Origin: Prochlorococcus sp. MIT 0801
GTDB taxonomy: Bacteria; Cyanobacteriota; Cyanobacteriia; PCC-6307; Cyanobiaceae
NCBI RefSeq assembly: GCF_000757865.1
Contig: NZ_CP007754.1
Location: 1,380,001 to 1,412,000, forward strand
DNA: 32,000 nucleotides
Reading direction: 5' to 3'
Shown: one piece after another, positions 19,755 to 28,545 of the stretch
Numbering within the stretch: position 1 is the stretch's first letter
Layout: each line of letters opens with the position of its first letter
Position numbers and translations under genes: made by a program
Notes under the pieces: generated by a model
What the model saw: the letters and a program-made list of their open reading frames with translations, nothing else
Databases searched by the model: none
Told to the model about the DNA's origin: nothing

Positions 19755-20579
19755 CTAATCATCCAATCCTATTATTGAGTCTTCAAGAATTAATCTAGTG
19801 ATACCCTTTGAGATTAAATATGACTTTGAAAGTTTAAAAACACTTGTGTTTGGGATCTTAATAACCCTTTGACTTCTAGAACATATTCTTTTTGCTGAAC
19901 GTTGATTGGCAAATAATAAAATTGCTTTTCTTTGCAATTCGTTCTCTGGCAAAAAGCTCCATTCTGGTAAATCAGAAATAAGTTGTAATTCTAGCTCGAC
20001 TTTCTTATCAACAATCATATAAACGCTCTCTGGAAGACATTCATAATCAAGTATCTCAAAATCTGATTCTTGCTTCTGTATGTCAAAATCAAATCCAGAA
20101 ACAAGGGGGGCTATTTCCTCGAAATTTTCATCAAAGTTTTGATGATTTTTATCCTTATCATAATCTTTTATTTTTTGACTAACCGAATATTGATCTTCTA
20201 CAAATTCATCAGTATCCTCAAGATCTAAAGAAGCAATTTCATCAACATCAAACTTATGAGATTCTTCATTTACCTTTACAGATTGATCTTCTTCTTTAAC
20301 TTTTTCTTTAAATGAGATTAACGAGCTAGTCTGAGCTAAATCTTCCTCTTTTGGTTTAACCTTTTCATTATGAACCAATTTCACTTTTTTATTGCTAATC
20401 TTTGATCTTTTTTTCTTTAAGAGTGTATATTCACTTTCAGATAAAAGGTTTTTGACTGTTCTATTTATAGTATTTGGAGTGCAATGATATTTTTCTGCTA
20501 GGGCATTGGTATTATCTCCATCCCTATAAGACTCAAGGATTTCAGCTTTTTGCGTCTTGGTCAATCTTCTTGAAATCAT
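19755..20579 (-). CDS. HTH-domain protein with a basic then acidic central linker and a conserved-looking C-terminal domain
   Basis: 274 aa. The N-terminal TKTQKAEILESYRDGDNTNALAEKYHCTPNTINRTVKNL resembles resolvase/transposase-type helix-turn-helix domains. No catalytic recombinase motifs were seen. Confidence 0.6.
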   Translation of the reverse strand: MISRRLTKTQKAEILESYRDGDNTNALAEKYHCTPNTINRTVKNLLSESEYTLLKKKRSKISNKKVKLVHNEKVKPKEEDLAQTSSLISFKEKVKEEDQSVKVNEESHKFDVDEIASLDLEDTDEFVEDQYSVSQKIKDYDKDKNHQNFDENFEEIAPLVSGFDFDIQKQESDFEILDYECLPESVYMIVDKKVELELQLISDLPEWSFLPENELQRKAILLFANQRSAKRICSRSQRVIKIPNTSVFKLSKSYLISKGITRLILEDSIIGLDD

Positions 20580-20896
20580 CTCTATTATTTCTATTTATCC
20601 AAGATAAGACGTAATCATAAGAAGTAGTAAAAAAATTCTCAACCTATAAAAACTCCTACAAAAATTTAGCCAGCTAAAGAAATCATCACTAAAACTCTAA
20701 ATATCTACTTAATTCTTACGCTATAAATTTAATTTTCTTATCTTTGAAAAAGACTCCATATCAAGCAAGCCTTGGCCAATCTATTGTTGGTCTGCTTAAT
20801 TCTGCTTGTAGTGGGCTACATGAGTATGTACTCTTAAAGAGTTGATTTTTGAACTCAAGGCGTGTTTTGTCGTCTTTATCTTAAAGATCTATTCTG

Positions 20897-20970
<74 letters not shown>

Positions 20971-21039
20971 TATTCAAACTCAAGTAATAACAGGAGACTT
21001 CATCAATTCCACGAAGAACTACTGCCTATGCTGCCATAG

Positions 21040-21597
21040 CAGGATATAACTAATTATTGCTATTTTGTGAACGGTTCTACTAGCGCAAACTCAAAATGGC
21101 GACTGATTAGGAAAGCAAATCTGCAAACAATTAGAAAATTTCTGGAAAAGACGCTGATTTCTTACAGCGAGGAAGCTCTTGCAAAATTCGTAGCGTAAGG
21201 GGTAAAACTCAAGTCACTTTGAGACATCAAGAGGGATTAGGAGAGAACAATCCTAGGTCGAGCGGCATGTTGGATATTGAGTGAAAAAGGGCAATAATAT
21301 TGAAATTTTGAACTCAATTCAGGACATAAAACCGCTCGTAAATGAGAGAAATTTATCTCTCACTGAGGCTAAAAATTTACTATTTGCACCTTTAAATCAG
21401 TTCGATTCAAATGGAACATCCTTTTATGGAAAAGCTATCGGCTTGGGTTGAAAGTGAATACAGTTTTTCAGGTAGGGAAGCCTTAATTGGTTCTGAATTG
21501 AGACAAGAAGAAAACATCAGAGAGAGAGAGAGAGAGAGATCTCAAGGAAGTTTCAAATTGCTTAAAGCTGTTGGGCATCGAAAAGGATGACATCTAA
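21040..21597 (+). pseudogene. string of three short same-strand open frames in three different phases, probably a decayed gene (or very small genes)
   Basis: The frames are 21040/21067(GTG)..21198 (..NSKWRLIRKANLQTIRKFLEKTLISYSEEALAKFVA*), 21281(GTG)..21451 (56 aa, KKGNNIEILNSIQDIKPLVNERNLSLTEAKNLLFAPLNQFDSNGTSFYGKAIGLG*) and 21426(ATG)..21590 (54 aa, MEKLSAWVESEYSFSGREALIGSELRQEENIRERERERSQGSFKLLKAVGHRKG*). All are below the track cutoff. This stretch is visibly less AT-rich than the surrounding spacer. Confidence 0.3.
21519..21539. repeat. (AG)10.5 dinucleotide microsatellite
   Basis: Direct read: agagagagagagagagagaga. It encodes RERERER in the 21426..21590 frame. Confidence 0.97.
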
Positions 21598-21629
21598 ACG
21601 AGAGTAAATGGAACAAGAAAATACCTATA

Positions 21630-21666
21630 AAGGAAATGAGACATAAGACAAATGTCTAATCTCCTT
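21630..21666. repeat. long imperfect inverted repeat / stem-loop (15-bp stem, 2 mismatches, 7-nt loop)
   Basis: aaggaaatgagacat (21630..21644) pairs with atgtctaatctcctt (21652..21666) at 13 of 15 positions. The loop is aagacaa. Confidence 0.8.
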
Positions 21667-22007
21667 TATAAAAAAATAAAAATAATAGAAATGTACAAAT
21701 AGGTTATAAGTGTTCAAAAAATTAGAAGTAAGCTTAGAAACTTTCTTCTTCAACAACTTAGAAAGGAGGTTGTAGTAAGGATGAAACAGATGTAAGCACT
21801 ATCTATTATGTATGAAATACAGGGCTCAAAGCAAGACATCCCTGACTTATTAGATATTTATATACCCTCTTTTGCCTCTTTCTAGATTTAAAGCACTTTT
21901 CGACATTCGTATATACTAAATATAATTAATATACTTTTCAGCCCTCGCGAATGTGATTTCAGTTTTTATTTATAGGCTTTTCTACTCTTCAATTTTTAAT
22001 TAATGCA

Positions 22008-23219
22008 ATGAGTGTTTTTCATTCTTTGGTAATTCCTACTCGTAATAGACAAGATTTCGTGGTCGATGCAGTTACATATTACTTAAAATATATTGAGGAC
22101 TTAGGAGAAATAATTATAGCTGACAATTCAGATAATAAACGTTCAATATTTCAAGCTCTAAAACTTTTTTTGTTTGATAGTAGATTGAAAATTCTTCCAT
22201 CGCAAAATTCAACTTTATCGATGAAAGATAATTGGGAAAGGGGTGTTGCAGAGACAAAAGGGGAGTGGGTTTCAATTATTGGAGACGATGATATTATTTC
22301 ACCTGATTTAATTTTTTTTCTTAGGAATTTCCTAGCAAAATTCCCAGATTCATTAGAATATGAAGCATTTTCATGGCGAGCAATAAGTTTTAGTTGGATG
22401 GGAGTTGATATTAATGGAAGACGTAATCCATCCTGTATTCCAATCGATGGAAGTAAAATTACAGGGCTTATATCTCAAAATTATTTAGAAAATATATTGA
22501 GTTGGACTAAGCCCAAAAGAACAATGGGATGTGGACCAAGTATTTATCATGGACTTTGGAAAAGAAGTTTAATAAACAAGGTTAAGGACTTAAATAATGG
22601 TTTGCTATTTGATGCACAAACGGTTGATTTTGATGCGGGTTATAACGCTCTTTTATGTACCGAAAAATTTGTTGTTTTAGAACGTCCCTTTTCAATATTA
22701 GGATCTTGTCCTAAATCTAATAGTGCTGCAGGTATAGATTATCTCAAAAAAACTAAAGCCATGGAAAATTGGTATAAAGAGGCTGGTTCATTAGAGGGTG
22801 GTCCAAAAGATATATATGTTCCTAATTCAATTACACTATGTATTTATTTTTTTAATAAATACTGGATGGAAAAACAAAATTATTCAACAAAAGTTGATAT
22901 ATCAAATGTTTTAAAAGGTTTGGCTTCTGAATTAGAAAGTATAGATCCTAAATACTTTGAATTATTTAGAGATGAATTAATTAACTTTATTAAAAAGACA
23001 GAATTAGTAGATTACTTAGATGAATTTAAACCAGTTAAAAGGCAGAGAGAAGAAATAGCATGGAACGGATACGTTAAAGGTTCGATGCTTATTGATCCAA
23101 CTCCTTTTGCTGATCGGATACTTCAGTTCGCTGATGTTGCATTCGCAATGTTAATCCCATGGCAATTAGTTGGGACCAACTTTAAAGTTCAAACTGATCA
23201 TAGAGTCCTTTTGAATTGA
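22008..23219 (+). CDS. GT2-family glycosyltransferase
   Basis: 403 aa. The N-terminal SLVIPTRNRQDFVVDAVTYYL..IIADNSDN and the DxD-like SIIGDDDIISPD are typical of GT-A fold family 2 enzymes. The C-terminal half is unassigned. Confidence 0.8.
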   Translation: MSVFHSLVIPTRNRQDFVVDAVTYYLKYIEDLGEIIIADNSDNKRSIFQALKLFLFDSRLKILPSQNSTLSMKDNWERGVAETKGEWVSIIGDDDIISPDLIFFLRNFLAKFPDSLEYEAFSWRAISFSWMGVDINGRRNPSCIPIDGSKITGLISQNYLENILSWTKPKRTMGCGPSIYHGLWKRSLINKVKDLNNGLLFDAQTVDFDAGYNALLCTEKFVVLERPFSILGSCPKSNSAAGIDYLKKTKAMENWYKEAGSLEGGPKDIYVPNSITLCIYFFNKYWMEKQNYSTKVDISNVLKGLASELESIDPKYFELFRDELINFIKKTELVDYLDEFKPVKRQREEIAWNGYVKGSMLIDPTPFADRILQFADVAFAMLIPWQLVGTNFKVQTDHRVLLN

Positions 23220-23904
23220 TTGAAATTTTATCAAAACTTTTTGTTTTGTTAAGTTGAAGAATCTATTTTTTGCTTTTTTTTAATAAATTTATAAATCTCT
23301 AGATAAAACATATGTGATTCGGGTTAATCTAAAATTGTCAGTAAATTCAGCTAGTTTTTAAATCTTTTTATAACTAGTTTTATTACTATCCCTAGTGGAT
23401 TCGAACACAATTTATATCAAGTAATTACATTAATTCTGAATAAAAAATGCTACATAGCGTTCAATATCTATAGATAGCTAAATATTTCAAATATTACTAA
23501 TTTGTGAACTCTAAAAGCATTGCGGGCACAAAATGAAAGCTAATATTATGACAATCTGCGAAAAATTATAAAAATTATTGAAAAAAAAATGTTAATTTTT
23601 TTCTCGCTGAGAGCTATTGTGAGCTTCAGAGAAAAAAGAGGCCAAACCAAAGTATCGATTAAGATAAAGTAAGTATTAGAGCCTTATAATCCAATATCTA
23701 CCTAAATGTAGGATCTTGGGTGGAAAACAGCCAATCAGATTAAGATTTTAAAGGCAATTGATTAATTGAAGAGGATAGTAAACAAAAGAACTCTTTCTCT
23801 AAATGGGGATAAATAGCTGCTATATGGAAACAAAAACCATATAGTTGAAGTAGCCAAAGACATACAAAGTCCCTATTATCTTCGTTGAAATAACATTACT
23901 AAAA

Positions 23905-24810
23905 ATGAAAATATATATTCATGCCGGAACACATAAAACTGCTACAACAAGTTTTCAAAAATTATGTTTTATAAAAAAGGAAGATTTATGTGAACAGGGA
24001 TTGTTCATTCCTGAATTTAAAGATAAGAGCAAAATAATCAATTTTGCTCAATCAAGAGGAATGAAAGTTTATGATCTTTCCATTCAGCATAACTTTTTGG
24101 CTTGGTATCTACAATTAAAAGAAATAGACGAAATAAAAGAGTTTCTGATTAATGCCTATGTAAATGCAAAAAGAAAAAAATGCAATTCAATTCTAATAAG
24201 TGCCGAAGATTTCGAGAATATACTTGTTGACGAGTATATGGCAAATTATTTTGAATCAATTTCAAAAGAAGTCGGTTTTAGCGAAATTGAATGGATATTT
24301 GTAAAAAGAAACTCATTTAATTATCTAAAGTCTCTTTATTCAGAATTATCAAAATATGGATTAATTTTAGAATTTTATCAACTTTATAAAATTATTATGA
24401 CAAATGGATATTACAGAGTATCTAATCATTGGTATAGTAATATTTATATTTTTGACTTAATTAATCTAATTGAACGTTTCAAAAGAAAACATTCATCTAA
24501 TATATCTATTATTAAGTTTGAAGATTTTATCAGTCCGTATTTAGGGTTTACAATCCTAAATAAAATAATACCAGTTAACAAACTAAATAAATTAGATATT
24601 GGAGAAGAAAAGATTATCAACGCAAACAAAAGTCTAACAATACATGAAATTGAATTTAATTATCTTTGCAATTTTCTGAGATTAAGTCCAGAGTCAAAAA
24701 CATATGAAAATAATAAAGAATTATTTAACAAACTAATCTCATATAGACAAAGAAAAAACAATGAAGCGACTGAGCTAATCAAAGAATCAATTAATAGAAA
24801 ATTTGGTTAA
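23905..24810 (+). CDS. sulfotransferase-like P-loop protein (function tentative)
   Basis: 301 aa. The N-terminal MKIYIHAGTHKTATTSFQ resembles the 5'-PSB (PAPS phosphate-binding) loop H/PxGxxK(S/T)G(T/S)T of sulfotransferase-fold proteins found in polysaccharide loci. The rest is AT-biased (K/N/I-rich). Confidence 0.5.
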   Translation: MKIYIHAGTHKTATTSFQKLCFIKKEDLCEQGLFIPEFKDKSKIINFAQSRGMKVYDLSIQHNFLAWYLQLKEIDEIKEFLINAYVNAKRKKCNSILISAEDFENILVDEYMANYFESISKEVGFSEIEWIFVKRNSFNYLKSLYSELSKYGLILEFYQLYKIIMTNGYYRVSNHWYSNIYIFDLINLIERFKRKHSSNISIIKFEDFISPYLGFTILNKIIPVNKLNKLDIGEEKIINANKSLTIHEIEFNYLCNFLRLSPESKTYENNKELFNKLISYRQRKNNEATELIKESINRKFG

Positions 24811-25368
24811 TCAAGATCATAACCTAATAAGTACAATAGAAACTAAATTAAATAATTTAAAAAAGAAAGAAACACTAGCATTGCTTTCGGTAAAACATAT
24901 TAAAAGAATAAAAGGAAAAAATAAATCCATTAAGAAAACACTTCTATTCCTTTTTGATTTAAGATAAATAATTTTTTCTAAGCCTACATTAATCACTTTT
25001 TAACTTTTGATTATAGATGAAAGCACATGTAAATTTATTAGACAATCATTTTCAGCATCATTGTATTAATCTTCTAAATACTATTGAATATAGACTCAAA
25101 AACAGAAGATAGAAATCAGACTTACTCAAAAAACTAATATATAGTTATATTTTTACTGTAAAAAGTTGAACGTATCGAAGAAATTAAAATTCGAGTATCA
25201 TTTACAAACTAAATCATACGAAAGAAATAAACGCGAATTATAAGAATAGGTAAATAACATTTATTTTAAATATGCTTACATCGCGATGAACCATTAAGGT
25301 AGATTAGAGTGTGTCTAGTAACTTGACAAATAGACACTCACAAAAAAGTTATTTTTAATTAAGTTATT

Positions 25369-27282
25369 ATGGTTGGATTTGGAAGAAAAAAAAGTAAAAA
25401 GATAGAGAACAATCATAGTTCAAAAATCAGTAATTTAAAGTATTTAGAACAAAAAGCCCTCAGTCTTCATAAAGCAGGGAATACTGAAGATTCAAAAAAA
25501 CTCTACATTTTAGCCATTAATAGAAATTCAGTTGATCCATTCATTTATTCAAACCTTGGGAATATCTATCTATCAGAGGGGAAGATCGAAAGAGCAATCT
25601 ATTTTTATGAAAAATCAATCAAACTAGATAAAAATAGATATGAAGGATATTATAATCTAGCCATTTTATATCAACAAACTAATAACTTAGAGAAGGCATC
25701 AATTAGTATTCAAAAGGCTTATGAGCTTGTTAATGGAAATAGTGTTATTGCTCATGCTTTAATAAATATAATAGGAAGAACAAACGGGAGTGGCATATCA
25801 ATTGATAAATTAAATAATTTATTAAATAAAATTCTTGGAGAAAAAGAAATAGATCATAATAGCTTATTTATTATAATAAATAATATAAATAAAGAAAAAG
25901 TCAGACGCCTTCTTCATCAATCAGATTTTTCAACAGATATCAACCACTTAATAAGTTTTATGAAAGATAGTGTAATTATAAATTCTTTACCAAAGCTAAT
26001 ATTCAAGAATGCAGAATGGGAAAAACTTTTAACAAGGATTAGGAAAGAATTTTGTAAAACTGTTAGTTCAGAATCAATCAATAATTGTAAATATCCCTCT
26101 TCATTTCTTAAAGCACTTGCACAGCAGTGTTTTTTAAATGAATATATTTATTGCTATACTGAGGATGAAGAAGAGATGATTGATAATTTAATCTCTTCAT
26201 CTAAAGAAAAGGCAATAAATGAAAGAGTAATTTCACTTATTGCCTGCTATTACCCATTAATAAAGATTATTAATAGAATACCTTCTTTATTAGATTACGA
26301 AACAGAAGATAATGAATTTAATAATATTTTAAATTCCCAAATTAAAGAGCCAATAAAGGAATACGAACTATCAAAGAAAATAGAAAAGTTCGGGGATATT
26401 TCTGATGAGACTTCAAAAATAGTACAATCACAATATGAGTCCAACCCTTACCCTAGGTGGAATTATTCAGTATATGATAAAAAACTAGAACAAACGAGCT
26501 ATGACTTAATAAATAATCAAATATTCCCAAATAGAATTAATTATCAAAAAACTAAAAATACGGAGATACTTGTAGCAGGGTGTGGGACAGGATATCACTT
26601 AATCCAATGTCAAAAATATAAAGGGTCAAATATAACCGGTATAGATATTAGTTTAACTAGTTTATCATACGCAAAAAGAAAACTCGATGAGCTAAACATT
26701 AGCAATATAAAATTAATTCAAATGGATATTTTAAATCTACATAAACTAAATAAAAAATACCATATTGTTGAATGCTGTGGTGTACTTCATCATATGGAAG
26801 ATCTTGAAAAAGGATTAAAATCTTTAATTGATATTACTAATGAAGGTGGTTTTATAAAATTAGCTTTATATAGTGAATTAGCAAGAAAGGATATAGTCAA
26901 AGCAAAAGATATAATTTCTTCAAATAATCTTTCTTCTAATCCTGAAGATATTAGATATTTCCGAAAAATGATCTTTGAAGACAAGTTTAAAGAAATAAAA
27001 AAATTACTACAATTCCAGGATTTTTACTCTCTTTCAATGTGTAGAGATCTCTGCTTTCATGCAATGGAGCATAGATTTAGTATTTCCGAAATCAAAAATA
27101 TAATTAATAAATTCTCTCTTGAATTCCTAGGGTTTAGTTTACCTTCTGAACTAAAAGCCAAATACAAAGAAATTTATCCAAATGATAGAAAAATGATAAA
27201 TCTAAACAACTGGGAAGATTTTGAAAATAAATATCCAAATATTTTTATCTCTATGTACCAGTTCTGGGTTAAACGTAGTTAA
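25369..27282 (+). CDS. TPR-repeat protein fused to a class I SAM-dependent methyltransferase
   Basis: 637 aa. About three N-terminal TPR units (..AGNTEDSKKLYILAI..; NLGNIYLSEGKIERAIYFYEKSIKLD; YNLAILYQQTNNLEKASISIQKAY). An unassigned middle region ends in QYESNPYPRW. The methyltransferase part has motif I ILVAGCGTGYH (about 26564..26599), then ITGIDIS, then HIVECCGVLHHM. Confidence 0.85.
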   Translation: MVGFGRKKSKKIENNHSSKISNLKYLEQKALSLHKAGNTEDSKKLYILAINRNSVDPFIYSNLGNIYLSEGKIERAIYFYEKSIKLDKNRYEGYYNLAILYQQTNNLEKASISIQKAYELVNGNSVIAHALINIIGRTNGSGISIDKLNNLLNKILGEKEIDHNSLFIIINNINKEKVRRLLHQSDFSTDINHLISFMKDSVIINSLPKLIFKNAEWEKLLTRIRKEFCKTVSSESINNCKYPSSFLKALAQQCFLNEYIYCYTEDEEEMIDNLISSSKEKAINERVISLIACYYPLIKIINRIPSLLDYETEDNEFNNILNSQIKEPIKEYELSKKIEKFGDISDETSKIVQSQYESNPYPRWNYSVYDKKLEQTSYDLINNQIFPNRINYQKTKNTEILVAGCGTGYHLIQCQKYKGSNITGIDISLTSLSYAKRKLDELNISNIKLIQMDILNLHKLNKKYHIVECCGVLHHMEDLEKGLKSLIDITNEGGFIKLALYSELARKDIVKAKDIISSNNLSSNPEDIRYFRKMIFEDKFKEIKKLLQFQDFYSLSMCRDLCFHAMEHRFSISEIKNIINKFSLEFLGFSLPSELKAKYKEIYPNDRKMINLNNWEDFENKYPNIFISMYQFWVKRS

Positions 27283-27388
27283 TTAAAATTTATCTAAGAC
27301 AATTATAAATTACTAAATAATAGTTACTATAGTAGAAATTAATTGAATAGATATATCAAAATACAAAATGATTTAATGGTTAATCTAA

Positions 27389-27883
27389 TTAATTCTGAAT
27401 TAATCCTATTCCCCTAGCCATAAGTGTTGCTAAAAAAGGTATCGAAGCAAAACCAATTAGTTCAATATTAATTATTAATCTTAATCTTGAAACCAGATTC
27501 TCGGTTACTTGAGGAAGATTCCCCTTTCTAAGAGGGATTGCCCATAAGACGTATGTAATTGTCGGATAAAGAGATAAAGAACCGACTAAAGCAAAGACTA
27601 TTATTTTAGTCCAAAAGATAGGATTTTCTGTATAAAATTCAGAGCCCTGTCCAAACTTTATAACTCTATAAATCCCACTTACCAAAAGAGCAATCCCAGC
27701 AACTCCATAAATAATATCTGCAACAACCATAGATATTGCTTCTTTCCTATTTGGATTAATCTTTAATGAGATACGTTCAAATACCAATGCTCCAAAACAA
27801 AGCATAAAGCTCAAATAATGAATATACGCAACAGAAGCAGACTGCAATAAATCAGCTGGAAAAACTAGTCCTAGCAAAATCAC
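27389..27883 (-). CDS. integral membrane protein (4-5 TM), possibly DUF2214-like
   Basis: 164 aa with a GTG start and a hydrophobic-helix pattern throughout. The family name comes from memory and has not been verified. Confidence 0.65.
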   Translation of the reverse strand: MILLGLVFPADLLQSASVAYIHYLSFMLCFGALVFERISLKINPNRKEAISMVVADIIYGVAGIALLVSGIYRVIKFGQGSEFYTENPIFWTKIIVFALVGSLSLYPTITYVLWAIPLRKGNLPQVTENLVSRLRLIINIELIGFASIPFLATLMARGIGLIQN

Positions 27884-28137
27884 CTTTCCTCATCAATCTA
27901 TACATTATTAAGAATCATAAATCACAGTGAGGGATTAGTGAAGCTTAGCCCTTAGAGAACAAGAATTAACTTGATTGGAATAAATGATTATCGAATCACA
28001 CAAGATCCAATCTATTTCAATTGAAACAACTCTTACTTAATAGGATTCTATTGAAATAAGTTGAGGCTATTACAAATATTTTTAAAATTGTCAATAATTT
28101 AATTTAGTAGACTATTTTAGGATATTTCAAACAAACG

Positions 28138-28545
28138 ATGAAAGAGAAATTCAAGAAAATAACTTTCAGACTCTTTACCTTTTTTCTTTTATTGTGCTCA
28201 TCCTTAATTGTTTTTCATACAGAAGTCTTATCAGCTGCAGAAATTGATCCCTCTGTTTTTATAAAAAAAGTCTCAAAGTCCTATACTAAAAAATTTTGCA
28301 ATGCAATTGGTTTTGGACTCTCAAAAGAAAGTGCTATGAACTTTTCCTTAGAAGAAAATAAACAAGTATTTAAGAAGAAAAAAGAGATTAATAATATTAA
28401 CAAAGAATTACTAGCAGAAGAAATAGCTATTTCAGTTGTTGAAAAATGTGGATATCCCATAAACCTTTTAGGAGAAAAAGGGATTACGGAATTTAAAAAT
28501 TATTATCTATCAAAAGACCAGGAATCTTTAAAAAAGCAAAATTAA
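28138..28545 (+). CDS. small secreted lysine-rich protein
   Basis: 135 aa. Signal peptide MKEKFKKITFRLFTFFLLLCSSLIVFHTEVLSA|AE. No family recognised. Confidence 0.55.
   Translation: MKEKFKKITFRLFTFFLLLCSSLIVFHTEVLSAAEIDPSVFIKKVSKSYTKKFCNAIGFGLSKESAMNFSLEENKQVFKKKKEINNINKELLAEEIAISVVEKCGYPINLLGEKGITEFKNYYLSKDQESLKKQN

Noticed and set aside
20822-20833. GAGTATGTACTC palindrome upstream of tRNA-Arg, and CATATGTACT at 28879..28888, considered as additional LexA boxes
   Set aside because: They share only the RGTACATA half-site with the lexA operators. The second half-site (GTAC at N4 spacing) is missing, so they do not fit the dimeric box.
23386-23470. Possible complete minus-strand tRNA around the TTCGAATCC motif
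   Set aside because: Only the T-loop and 3' strand are tRNA-like. No acceptor 5' strand, D arm or anticodon arm can be folded, so I kept it only as a fragment finding.
24779-24967. 63-codon open frame overlapping and continuing past the stop of the sulfotransferase-like gene (..QDHNLISTIETKLNNLKKKETLALLSVKHIKRIKGKNKSIKKTLLFLFDLR*)
   Set aside because: It has no start codon. Its K/N/I-rich composition is what AT-rich non-coding DNA gives, so I cannot distinguish a frameshifted C-terminus from noise.
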